The notes beneath the pieces were generated by a model. That model saw nothing but the letters and a program-made list of their open reading frames with translations. It made no database searches and was not told the origin of the DNA. This document shows positions 19,486 through 29,700 of a stretch of DNA of 64,000 nt, in pieces. This DNA comes from Lysobacter sp. (lineage in GTDB: Bacteria > Pseudomonadota > Gammaproteobacteria > Xanthomonadales > Xanthomonadaceae). The position numbers and the translations under genes were made by a program. How positions within the stretch are numbered: position 1 is the first letter of the stretch; every line of letters begins with the position of its first letter. The DNA lies in the NCBI GenBank assembly GCA_043738095.1, contig JAYSZI010000039.1, positions 10,684 to 74,683 of the forward strand, given 5' to 3'.

Positions 19486-21165
19486 ATGACCGACGCCGAA
19501 AGCAGTCTGGCCCGCACCGGACGTATCCTGCGCTTCCTGTTCAAGTACCGCAGCGCCGGCGTGTTTAGTGGACTGGATGTGGATGCAGCCAGCGCGGCCG
19601 CGGGCGATGTGCCCACCACCGAGGGCAAGCCGGAAGAATTTGTTGCCGACCTAGAGGCACTTGGGCCCACCTTCGTCAAGATCGGTCAGGCGCTGTCCAC
19701 ACGCGCCGACATGGTGCCGCCGGAGTACCTGCTCGCGCTCGAACGCATGCAGGACAACGTTGCCCCGGTTGCATTCGACGAGATCCGCCCCGTGCTGGAG
19801 GAGGAGCTCGGCGTGCGCCTGAGCAAAGCGTTCGAGAGTTTCGATGAGACCCCACTGGGTTGCGCGTCACTCGCGCAGGTCTATCGGGCGACGCTTCGCG
19901 GGGGTCGCCTGGTCGCGGTCAAGGTGCAACGGCCTGGCATCGGCGACACGATCCGCAATGACCTGGACGCGCTCGCGGGGCTTGCGCAGAAGGTTGACGG
20001 CTTCACGGATATCGGCCGTCGCATGCGTTTCTCCGAGTGGGTGCACGAGTTTCGCAAGACGCTGCTGGCCGAACTCGACTACCGCGTCGAGGCGGAGAAC
20101 CTCGACCGCTTCAATCAGCATTTCGCCGCCTATCCCGAAATTTTTGTGCCAACGCCGGTGTGGGACCTCACCCGCGGGCGCGTGCTGACCATGGAATTGA
20201 TCGCGGGCACCAAGGCGACCGACCTCGGTGGTGTGCGGCGCACCGAGCAGAAGCTCGGCCACCTCGCGTCGGCGCTGATGCGCGCCTACCTGGACCAGGT
20301 GTTCGTGCATGGCGAAATCCATGCGGATCCACACCCCGGCAACCTCCTGGTAACTGAGGACGGTCGGCTGGCGCTGCTCGACCTGGGCATGGTCGCTCAC
20401 GTCCCGCCCAAACAGCGCGAACGCCTACTAAAGCTGTTGTTTGCCGCGGTCGATGGGCGTGGCGAGGAAGTCGCGAACGAGTCGATCGCGATGGGTACGC
20501 GGCTGGAGGACTTCAACGAGGAGGGCTTCGTGCGCGAGGTTGGGCAGATGGTCGCGCGCTACGCCGCACGTTCGGGCGCGCAATCGCTCGGCGAGGGCCG
20601 GATGATGCTCGAGCTGGTGCGCCATGCCACCAACTTTGGCCTGCGCACGCCGCCGGAGCTGACCCTGCTCGGCAAGACCCTGCTCAACCTCGAAGGGGTG
20701 GCCGCCGCGCTCGACCCGCAGCTCGATGTCAAGCAGGTGATCGAGGACCATCTTGAGCACGTCATGCGCCATCGCCTGCGAAAGTTGTTCTCGCCGGCCA
20801 ACCTCGCCAGCGAGCTGATGGAGATCCAGGTGTTGGTGCGCGAGGCGCCACGCAAGCTGACGGACATCCTCTCGCTGCTGGCCGAGAACCGTCTGCAGGT
20901 GCGCATGACCGGCCTGGAGGAATCCCATCTGATGGAGAACCTGCAGAAGATCGCCAACCGCATCAGCACCGGCGTGATTGTCGCGGCGTTGATCATGGCC
21001 TCGGCGATGCTGATGCGGGTGGAGACCGGATCGAGGTTATTCGGCTATCCGGCATTGGCGATGGGGCTGTTCCTGATCGCCACCACGCTGGGGTTGGGCA
21101 TCGTGGTCAGCGCTTTGCTCAGCGACCGCCGGGTTAAACCGCAGGAGGAGCGCGGGCCGCGGTGA
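19486..21165 (+). CDS. ABC1/AarF/UbiB-family atypical kinase with C-terminal TM helices
   Basis: GPTFVKIGQALSTRADMVPPEYLLALERMQDNV...ASLAQVY...VAVKVQRPG...HADPHPGNL...LDLGMV. ATG 19486 is preceded by GGAG. Confidence 0.9.
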   Translation: MTDAESSLARTGRILRFLFKYRSAGVFSGLDVDAASAAAGDVPTTEGKPEEFVADLEALGPTFVKIGQALSTRADMVPPEYLLALERMQDNVAPVAFDEIRPVLEEELGVRLSKAFESFDETPLGCASLAQVYRATLRGGRLVAVKVQRPGIGDTIRNDLDALAGLAQKVDGFTDIGRRMRFSEWVHEFRKTLLAELDYRVEAENLDRFNQHFAAYPEIFVPTPVWDLTRGRVLTMELIAGTKATDLGGVRRTEQKLGHLASALMRAYLDQVFVHGEIHADPHPGNLLVTEDGRLALLDLGMVAHVPPKQRERLLKLLFAAVDGRGEEVANESIAMGTRLEDFNEEGFVREVGQMVARYAARSGAQSLGEGRMMLELVRHATNFGLRTPPELTLLGKTLLNLEGVAAALDPQLDVKQVIEDHLEHVMRHRLRKLFSPANLASELMEIQVLVREAPRKLTDILSLLAENRLQVRMTGLEESHLMENLQKIANRISTGVIVAALIMASAMLMRVETGSRLFGYPALAMGLFLIATTLGLGIVVSALLSDRRVKPQEERGPR

Positions 21166-21288
21166 CCGCTCCCTACTTCGCGGGCATTTTGCTGATCAGA
21201 CTTAAGGGATCAGCGGTGCGTCCTCCTTGCACATTATTTTTATCCGCACGCAAAGCCAAGGCCTGATGCGAATGAACGAACCTCAGCG

Positions 21289-22317
21289 ATGACCGAATCC
21301 AGCGCCGAATCCAAATCCGAGGCCACGGTCAATGCCACGTTTCCCGCCGGTCGTGCCCAGGTCACCCTGTACGACGCCGATGGTGCTGACCGCGCCGTCG
21401 ATGTGGATCAGATCGACATCGGCCGCTTGCAGGAACAGCAACTGCTATGGATCGACGTGGAAAGTGATGACTCGGCTTTGATCGACGAACTTGGTCGCCG
21501 TCTCGACCTGCCTGCCGATGCGATCGCGGCATTGCAGAACATGGAAAGCACACCGCGGGTGGACAACTACGGCGACTGTTTCCATTTGCAGGTGGTCGCC
21601 GTCGAGCATGAGGGTGGGCTCAAGTTCAATGGCACCGTGCTCGGCATCGTCGCCGGCGCGAACTACGTGCTCAGTGTGCATCACCGGCCGGTGCCGTTCA
21701 TTGCCGCATTGCGCGAACGCGAGCGTGGCGAGAGTGAATTGGGCGCTTTGAGCGCCGAGAGCTTCACCGCTTCGCTGCTGAACTGGCAGCTATCCACCTA
21801 CTTCGCCGCGGTATCGGATTTCGAAGCCGTCGTAGAGCGGCTGGAAGTGGAAATCCTGGCGGAAAAGGACGGTCACTGCCTTGAGGACCTGCGCAACCTG
21901 CGCCGAGGCGCATCGCGGTTGCGACGGATGCTGGCGCCGCATCGCGTGGTATTCGGCGGTCTGGCGCGGCCGGATTTCCGACCACGCGCTTCGGGCGAGG
22001 CCAACGCCCACTTTTTCCACCTCGAGACCAATTTTGAGCGGGCGATAGACGTGGTTCAGAACACCCGCGATCTGGTGATCGGCAGCTTCGAACTGTTCAG
22101 CAGCCAGACCGCATTGCGCACCAACGAAGTTATGCGGTCGCTGACGTTCTTCACCGTCCTTATCGGTACGCTCGCGGTACTGGCCGGCCTGCTCGGGATG
22201 AATTTTGCCGCGCCGTTCTTCGAAACGGGCGCCAAGGGTTTCTGGTCCGCGCTGGCGGGCATGGCTATCGTCGTGGTGATCGCGATGCTCGTGGCTCGAC
22301 GCCGGCGCTGGCTGTAA
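21289..22317 (+). CDS. corA: CorA-family divalent cation (Mg/Co) transporter
   Basis: Two C-terminal TM helices with the GMN signature (LLGMNFAAPFF). Size is about 340 aa. Confidence 0.8.
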   Translation: MTESSAESKSEATVNATFPAGRAQVTLYDADGADRAVDVDQIDIGRLQEQQLLWIDVESDDSALIDELGRRLDLPADAIAALQNMESTPRVDNYGDCFHLQVVAVEHEGGLKFNGTVLGIVAGANYVLSVHHRPVPFIAALRERERGESELGALSAESFTASLLNWQLSTYFAAVSDFEAVVERLEVEILAEKDGHCLEDLRNLRRGASRLRRMLAPHRVVFGGLARPDFRPRASGEANAHFFHLETNFERAIDVVQNTRDLVIGSFELFSSQTALRTNEVMRSLTFFTVLIGTLAVLAGLLGMNFAAPFFETGAKGFWSALAGMAIVVVIAMLVARRRRWL

Positions 22318-22397
22318 CTAGCGCCGCTGCTGCAGAGCGGTCCATTGAGGGGGCCGCGTCCGCTAAAATGCCGCTCCTCCCTGCCTGACCGCCGCGC

Positions 22398-23207
22398 ATG
22401 TCCTCGCCCTTCGGCACCGAAACCGTGCTGGACGTCCGCCACTGGACGGACGACTACTTCAGCTTCACCACCACCCGCGACGACGGTTTCCGTTTCGACA
22501 ACGGCCAGTTCGTGATGATCGGGCTGGAGGTCGAGCAGCCCGACGGCACGCGCCGGCCGCTGCTGCGCGCGTATTCGATCGCCAGCGCCAACTGGGAAGA
22601 GCAACTGGAGTTCTTCAGCATCAAGGTGCCCGGCGGCCCGCTAACCTCGCGCCTGAAGGCGATCCAACCCGGCGACACCGTGCTGATCGGGCGCAAGCCC
22701 ACCGGCACGCTATTGATCCACGACCTGCATCCGGGCCGCAATCTATACCTGCTTGGCACCGGCACCGGCTTCGCGCCGTGGCTGGCGGTGATCAAGGACC
22801 CTGCGACCTACGAGCGTTTCGACCGGGTGATCCTGACCCACGGCGTGCGCTGCGCGGCCGACCTCGCCTATCGCGACTACGTCGTCAGCGAACTGCCGCG
22901 GCACGAGTTTCTAGGCGAGCAGGTCGCCGCCCAGTTGAAGTACTACCCCGCGGTGACGCGCGAGGCGTTCGCGTTCGACGGGCGCGACCAGCGCGGCCGC
23001 TTGACCGAAATGATGGCCAGCGGCCGGATGATGGAGCAACTTGGCATCGAACCGCTGGATCCGCAATTTGACCGCGCAATGCTCTGCGGCAGTCCGCAGA
23101 TGCTCAGCGATTTCCGCGCGCTGCTCGACAGCCGTGGCTTCAGCGCCGCGCCGCGCATCGGCACCCCGGGGCAGTACGTGTACGAGCGCGCGTTCGTCGA
23201 GAAATAG
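22398..23207 (+). CDS. fpr: Ferredoxin--NADP(+) reductase, bacterial subclass I
   Basis: RAYSIAS FAD-binding motif, GTGFAPW NADP-binding motif, and C-terminal ...YVYERAFVEK. Confidence 0.9.
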   Translation: MSSPFGTETVLDVRHWTDDYFSFTTTRDDGFRFDNGQFVMIGLEVEQPDGTRRPLLRAYSIASANWEEQLEFFSIKVPGGPLTSRLKAIQPGDTVLIGRKPTGTLLIHDLHPGRNLYLLGTGTGFAPWLAVIKDPATYERFDRVILTHGVRCAADLAYRDYVVSELPRHEFLGEQVAAQLKYYPAVTREAFAFDGRDQRGRLTEMMASGRMMEQLGIEPLDPQFDRAMLCGSPQMLSDFRALLDSRGFSAAPRIGTPGQYVYERAFVEK

Positions 23208-23358
23208 GCCGCCGGGCAAGGCCGAGCTTGCACAACTGCGCGATGCGCCGACCAGCCGCGCCAGCTCGGCGCTACCGAAGCGCTGGCGATGCGGCGTTTG
23301 AAGTTTGTTTCACACCCGCCTCCGAAGCTGCACCCCTCATCCAACGAGGGGTCGTCCC

Positions 23359-24492
23359 ATGCGCAGTTCCTTCTTCGGCATTGCCGCCGCCTTTTCGATC
23401 GCCTTGGCTGCAACAGCCCCGGCCGCCGCGTCCAAGGTCGAACCGAAAATCCTGATGGTGGTCAGCGGTGAAGGCCGCGACGCCGGCAAGACGCGCCCCG
23501 GATTCGAGTTCGACGAGTTCGCCCAAGCGTATTGGATCTTCCGTGACAACGGCTTGGCGGTGGAGATCGCCAGCCCCGCTGGCGGCGCCGTGGAGGCGGA
23601 CAAGTACAACGCCGCAATGCCCTTCAACGCGCGGACGCTGGCCGATGCGGATGCGACTCGGCAGCTGGCCGCCACTCGCAGCACCCGCGGACTCTCAGCG
23701 CGGGACTACGCGGCGGTGTTCGTGGTCGGGGGCAAGGGGGCGATGTTCGATCTTCCCCGCGACCCCGCCCTGCAGAAGCTGCTCGCCGGCGTCTACGAAC
23801 AAGGAGGCGTTGTCTCGGCGGTCTGTCATGGTCCGGCCGCGCTGGTCGACGTGCGCCTGTCCAACGGCCGCGCGCTGCTCGCCGGCAAGGCGATCACCGG
23901 CTTCAGCAACGAGGAAGAAGCGCTGTTCGGCAAGCGCTGGGCCAAGGAGTTTCCGTTCCAGCTGGAAGACGCCCTACGCGAGCGCGGCGGCCGTTACGAA
24001 CACGCGCCGATCATGCAGCCCAAGCTGGTGGTGGACGGACGCCTGATCACCGGCCAGAACCCGTTCTCGACCACACGCGTCGCCGAAGCGATCGTCATCG
24101 CCCTGGGTCGCACGCCGGTCGCGCGCGAGCCGTACCGCGACGAGCACAGCATGGCGCTGGTCGAACGCCTGCTGGCCGGCGACGCCGATGGCGCGCGCAT
24201 CACTTTGGCCCAGGACCCGGCGCGCTACCACGTCGAGCTGATCGGGATGCTCGGCTACTACCAGCTCAAGGGCGCGCAGAGGTCCGATCGGGTGCGTGCC
24301 GCGGTCGCGATCATGGAACTGGCCGCGCCGCACATGCCCGAGCCGAAACTGCAGCTCGGCATCGCCCAGGGCCATCATCGCCTCGGCGACGCCGCGCGGG
24401 CGCGCGCCATCCTCACCACGCTGCTGGAAGCCAAGCCCGACATGGCCGAAGCTAGGCAACTCATGAAAGAAATCGACGAACTCGATGGATGA
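23359..24492 (+). CDS. Exported DJ-1/PfpI (class I glutamine amidotransferase-like) protein with a helical TPR-like C-terminal extension
   Basis: Signal peptide MRSSFFGIAAAFSIALAATAPAAA, nucleophile elbow VSAVCHGPAAL, and a C-terminal tail of about 110 aa rich in A/L/R helices. Confidence 0.75.
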   Translation: MRSSFFGIAAAFSIALAATAPAAASKVEPKILMVVSGEGRDAGKTRPGFEFDEFAQAYWIFRDNGLAVEIASPAGGAVEADKYNAAMPFNARTLADADATRQLAATRSTRGLSARDYAAVFVVGGKGAMFDLPRDPALQKLLAGVYEQGGVVSAVCHGPAALVDVRLSNGRALLAGKAITGFSNEEEALFGKRWAKEFPFQLEDALRERGGRYEHAPIMQPKLVVDGRLITGQNPFSTTRVAEAIVIALGRTPVAREPYRDEHSMALVERLLAGDADGARITLAQDPARYHVELIGMLGYYQLKGAQRSDRVRAAVAIMELAAPHMPEPKLQLGIAQGHHRLGDAARARAILTTLLEAKPDMAEARQLMKEIDELDG

Positions 24493-24495
24493 TCG

Positions 24496-25185
24496 ATGAC
24501 CCAGGCGACGCTGCGGGTCCTGGTGATCGAGGACAACCTCGCGTTGCGGGAGAACATCGCCGCGCTGCTGGAGTCGCACGGCCATCGCGCGGATTTCGCC
24601 GCCGATGGCCGCACCGGCCTACAGCTTGCACTCGACGACCCGCCCGATGTGGTGGTGCTGGACCTGACGCTGCCGGGGCTCGACGGCCTGCGCGTCTGCG
24701 AGGCATTGCGCACCCGCGCCGATCGCCACATTCCGGTGCTGATGCTCACCGCGCGCGATGGCCTCGACGACAAGCTGCAGGGCTTCGAAGCCGGTGCCGA
24801 CGACTACCTGACCAAACCATTCGCGGCGGAGGAACTGCTGGTGCGCTGCATCGCCCTGGCCCGCCGCCATCGCGTCGGGGACAGCTACGAGCTGCGCGTC
24901 GGCTCGCTGTGCATCGATCGCCGCAGCGGCCAGGCACGGCGCTTCGACCAGCCGCTCGCCCTGCACCAAACCAGTTATCGCATCCTGCTGGCGCTGGCCG
25001 AAGCCTGGCCGCGCACGCTGACTCGCTCGGACCTGAGCGAGCGGTTGTGGGGCAATGATCCGCCCGAATCCGATCCGCTGCGTTCGCACCTGTACCTGTT
25101 GCGGCAATCGCTCGACAAGCCGTTCGCTACGGCCATGCTCAAGACCGTGCACGGTGTCGGCTTCAAGCTTGAGGGCGACGCATGA
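24496..25185 (+). CDS. OmpR-family two-component response regulator
   Basis: REC domain (VVVLDLTLPGLDG) plus a winged-helix output domain (...LKTVHGVGFKL). Confidence 0.9.
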   Translation: MTQATLRVLVIEDNLALRENIAALLESHGHRADFAADGRTGLQLALDDPPDVVVLDLTLPGLDGLRVCEALRTRADRHIPVLMLTARDGLDDKLQGFEAGADDYLTKPFAAEELLVRCIALARRHRVGDSYELRVGSLCIDRRSGQARRFDQPLALHQTSYRILLALAEAWPRTLTRSDLSERLWGNDPPESDPLRSHLYLLRQSLDKPFATAMLKTVHGVGFKLEGDA

Positions 25186-26483
25186 CGCGACCGACCGGGC
25201 CGCGTCCGGCGCGGCGCCTGCGCAACCGGCTGATGCTCTCGTTCGCGGGTTTCACCTTGATGGTGGCGGCGCTGTTCGGGCTGTACGCGGTGGCGTTCGT
25301 GTACTCAGTCGAAGACCGATTCTTCAATTCCATGCTCAAACAGGAAGCCGCCACCCAGCTCGATCACCACGCCCGCCGAGGCAGGTGGACGGCGCCGCGC
25401 AGCGGATTTATGGCGGTTTACCCGAACCCGGCCTCGCTTCCGGACGACCTGCGCGCGCAGCACCGCGGCGAACCGTGGCGGTCCGAGTTCGCCGGTAGCC
25501 ACGGGCGGCACTACCACGTGCTGGCGCTGGACCCGCCGGCCCCGGCGACGCGCGCCTGGCTGGTCGCCGAAGTCAGCCGGCAATTGGTGGTTCGCCCGAT
25601 TCGCGACGACCTCTTGGGCCTGCTGGCATGGTCAGCGCTGGGCGTCATCGCGTTGGCGTTGCTGCTCGGCTACGGGCTGGCGCGACGCACCGCCGCGCCG
25701 CTGGCGGACCTGGCCGCTCGCGTCGGCGCCATGCGCCCCGGACAACTGCCCGAAACCTTTGCCGAGAGCTATCCCAACGACGAGGTCGGCATACTCGCGC
25801 GTGGCCTGCAGGCGCTGATTGGCCGCATGCGCGACTTCATCGCGCGCGAACAGGAATTCACCCGCGACGCCAGTCATGAACTGCGCACGCCGCTGGCAGT
25901 GATCCGCAGCGCGACCGAACGGCTGGCCACCGAGCCGGCTTTGTCGGCCGAATCGAGGCGGCAACTCGACCATGTCCGCGAATCCACCCGGCAACTGGAA
26001 CAGACAGTCGCCACCTTGCTCGCGTTGGCGCGCGAGGATCGGCCGGATGTGGTCGGCACGGGACCTACCACGCTGCTGCCAGTGATCGAACGCGTCGTGG
26101 TGGATTTGGCACCGCTGTTGGAGGGCAAACCGGTCACTGTCGAATTGGCCGTACCGTGCGATGCGGTGATCGCGCTGCCCGCGGGGGTGCTGCACATCCT
26201 GATGTCCAACCTGATCGGCAATGCGTTCGCGCACAGCCTGCACGGAACCGTCGCCATCGACGTGCAAGCCGGCTGGTTGCGCATCAGCAACAGCGGCAGC
26301 CCTATTGCCGACGCGGTGCGCGCGGATCCCTGTCAGGCCTTCGGCAAAGGCCCGGACAGCGCCGGCATGGGCCTCGGGCTGGCGATCGTCCGTCGCCTGT
26401 GCGATCGCTATGGCGTGGACCTGCGCCTCGAGGCCACGCCCGTCGGGACGATGGCCAGCATTTCTCTAGCCAGCAACGACTGA
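25182..26483 (+). CDS. Two-component sensor histidine kinase (two TM helices, HAMP, HisKA, HATPase)
   Basis: H-box SHELRTPLAVI, N-box LMSNLIGNAFAH and G-box GMGLGLAIV. ATGA overlap with the regulator gene. Confidence 0.9.
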   Translation: MTRPTGPRPARRLRNRLMLSFAGFTLMVAALFGLYAVAFVYSVEDRFFNSMLKQEAATQLDHHARRGRWTAPRSGFMAVYPNPASLPDDLRAQHRGEPWRSEFAGSHGRHYHVLALDPPAPATRAWLVAEVSRQLVVRPIRDDLLGLLAWSALGVIALALLLGYGLARRTAAPLADLAARVGAMRPGQLPETFAESYPNDEVGILARGLQALIGRMRDFIAREQEFTRDASHELRTPLAVIRSATERLATEPALSAESRRQLDHVRESTRQLEQTVATLLALAREDRPDVVGTGPTTLLPVIERVVVDLAPLLEGKPVTVELAVPCDAVIALPAGVLHILMSNLIGNAFAHSLHGTVAIDVQAGWLRISNSGSPIADAVRADPCQAFGKGPDSAGMGLGLAIVRRLCDRYGVDLRLEATPVGTMASISLASND

Positions 26484-26701
26484 GCCTGCGGTCCACCGCC
26501 GCACGCCAGTCGATAAAGCGCTTGCTCGTCCGCACGATAGGTAGCCGCAACTAGTTTGCTCGTCGTCGGCTCGGCCGCTGATCGTCTGCGACTCTCTGCG
26601 CGGGCGTGCCAGAATTGCGCATTGATTCACTCGTTCGTTATATCGAGCGGTGAATCCAACGGGCGCCCGGCGTCACCACTACGGACTGGAAACAGCCAGC
26701 T

Positions 26702-29700
26702 ATGCCGCAGAATTCGCCCCCGTCGCCACCGGCTCTCCCAGCCGGCTCGCCTGCTCCTGCGCCCGGGCTTGGGCAACGGCTGTTCGGTCAGGTCGATTGG
26801 GTGCCGCCGCCTTGGCTCGCGGCACTGTTGGCGAAAGTCCGCTTGCGTCCGGCGCTGTATCTGGGCAGCGCGGCCGCGCTGATTGCGATCGCCGGGCTCA
26901 GTTACTGGCTGCTGACGCGTCCCACGCCGATCGTTCCCGGTGCGCTCGAAGTGGAAGTGCACACGCCAGCGCTGACCGACTACACCAAGACGCCGGCGAA
27001 GATCGACACGCTGCGTTTGAGCTTTTCCGACTCCGCCGCGCCGATCGCCAAGGTCGGCAATGCCCCCGACGGCATTTCCGTGCAGCCCGAAATCAAGGGC
27101 GCCTGGTCGTGGAGCGACGACAAGACACTGGTGTTCACGCCGGCAAGCGACTGGCCGGTCGGTCAGCGCTACCAGGTGTCGATCGACAAGAAACGCGCGC
27201 TGGCGCCGAAGGTGCATCTGGTCGAGGACGAATTCGAGTTCGCCACGGCGCCCTTTACCGCCACGCTCAGTAAGAGCGAGTTCTACCAGGACCCGGTCGA
27301 CCAGAATCTGAAAAAAGGCGTGTACGAACTCGGGTTCTCGCACCCCGTCGACGCCGCCCAGTTCGAGCGCCGCATCGCGCTGCAGCTCAGCGACAGCGCC
27401 GGCACCAAACTGGGCGCGCCGGGCCATACCGTGAGCTACGACGAGCGCCGGCTGAAAGCCTGGATCCATTCGCAACCGCTGAAACTGCCGGAAAACGGCG
27501 GCGTGCTGAAGCTGGAACTGGCGCGCGGCGTGCGCAGCCTGCTCGGTGGCGAAGGCAGCAAGGATGCACTCAAGGGCGACGTCGCCCTGCCCTCGCTGTA
27601 CAGCGTCAATGTCACCGCGATCACGCCGACCCTGGTCGACAACGAGCGCTTCGAGCCCGAACAGGTGCTGGTGGTCGAGTTCAACAACGCCATGCGCGAC
27701 ACCGAGGTCGCGCGCGCCGTGACGGTGTGGCTGCTGCCGTCGAAGAATTCCAAGTTGCCGGTCAAGGAGCAGCGCGCGAACTACCCGTGGTCCGACAGCG
27801 AGATCGACGAGGCGTTGCTGAAGCAATCCAAGCCGCTCACGTTGACCACGATGCCGACCGAGCGCGAGTACATCGAAGCCCACAGCTTCAAGTTCAGCGC
27901 GCCCCCCGGGCGGCGGCTGTACGTGCGCGTCGGCAAGGGCCTGAAGGCGTTCGGCGGCTTCATCCTCGGTGCCAACCACGCGACCGTCGCCACCGTGCCC
28001 GACTACCCGCAGCTGCTGCGCTTCATCGGCGACGGTGCGCTGCTGTCGTTGCGCGGCGAGCGCCGGATCAGCCTGGTCTCGCGCAACGTCGCCAACGCCC
28101 GGCTGGAAATCGCCCGGGTCCTGCCCGAGCAGTTGCAGCACCTCGCGTTCGCGAACCAGGGCAGCTACACCAAGCCCTACCTGGAAGGCATCGAAGCCGA
28201 CAGCCTGGTGGAGCGCGTGGAAAAGCGCCTGCAGCTGCCCGCCGACAACCCGGCCAAGGCGCATTACGAGGGCGTCGACCTCGGCGAATTCCTGAAGCCA
28301 TCGCGCCGCGGCGTGTTCATGCTCAGCCTGCGCACGCTCGATGCGCATGACAGCCAGCGCCCGGCAGCGGAAACGCTCGGCAACGATGTCGGCGAGGAAC
28401 AGGACCAGCGTCTGGTGGTGCTGACCGACCTCGGCATCATCGTCAAGAAAGCGCTCGACGGCCGTCGCGATGTATTCGTGCAATCGCTGGCGCAGGGCAC
28501 GCCCGTCGCGGGCGCGCAGGTGCGTGCGATCGCGCGCAACGGCGAGACTCTGGTCGAGGTCGCGACCGACGACGCCGGCCGCGCGCGCCTGCCGTCGCTG
28601 GAAGACTTCAAGCGCGAGAAGCGCCCGGTGATGCTGACCGTGACGCAGGGCGACGATTTTTCGTTCCTGCCGATCGACGACAGCGGCCGCGTGCTCGACT
28701 ACTCGCGCTTCGACATCGGTGGCGAGCCGAACGACATCGAAGCCGGCGCACTGAACGCGTTCCTGTTTTCCGACCGCGGCCTGTACCGCCCGGGCGACAC
28801 CATCAACCTGGGCATGATCGTGCGCGCCGCAGACTGGAAGCGGCCGCTGACCGGCTTGCCGCTCGAGCTCGTGCTGACCGACCCGCGCGGCACCGTGGCG
28901 AAGCGGCAGCGGCTCAAACTCGATGACGCCGGCTTCCTGAGCGTCAACTACACCTCGGCCGAGAGCGCGCCGAGTGGTACCTGGGAGGCGAACCTGTATC
29001 TGCTCGGCAAGGACGACCGTCGCACCGCGATTGGCTCGACCTCGGTGCAGGTGCGCGAATTCGCCCCAGACACAATGCGCGTTCGCGCGCAGCTGTCGTC
29101 GGACAATCCGCAGGGTTGGATCAAGCCCGAAGAGCTGTCCGCGCTGGTCACGCTCGAGAACCTGTTCGGCACGCCGGCGCAGCAGCGCCGGGTCGCGGCA
29201 ACGATCGTATTGCGACCGGCGTTCCCGAACTTTCCGGCGTACCCCGATTACCAGTTCTTCGATCCGCAGCGGGCCAAAGAAGGCTACGACGAGACCCTTG
29301 GCGACGCCGTCAGCGATAACGACGGCCACGCGAAGTTCGCGATCGACCTGAAGAAGTACGAGCGCGCGACCTACCAGCTCAGCTTCCTGGCGCGCGCCTA
29401 TGAACCCGGCAGCGGCCGCAATGTCGCCGCGCAGACCAGCGCGCTGGTGTCGAGCAACGACCATCTGGTCGGGATCAAGGCGAAGGAGGAGCTCGCCTAC
29501 CTCAAGCGTGGCGCCAAGCATGCGGTGCAGTTGCTCACGATCGGCCAGAACGGCAAGCCCAAGGCGGTCGCGGGCCTGCATGCGGTGGTGGTCGAGAAGC
29601 GCTTCGTGTCGGTGCTCACCAAGCAGGACTCCGGCATCTACCGCTACGTCTCCCACGAGCGGCGTTTCGACCGCAAGGACCAGTTGCTGCAACTCGGTGG

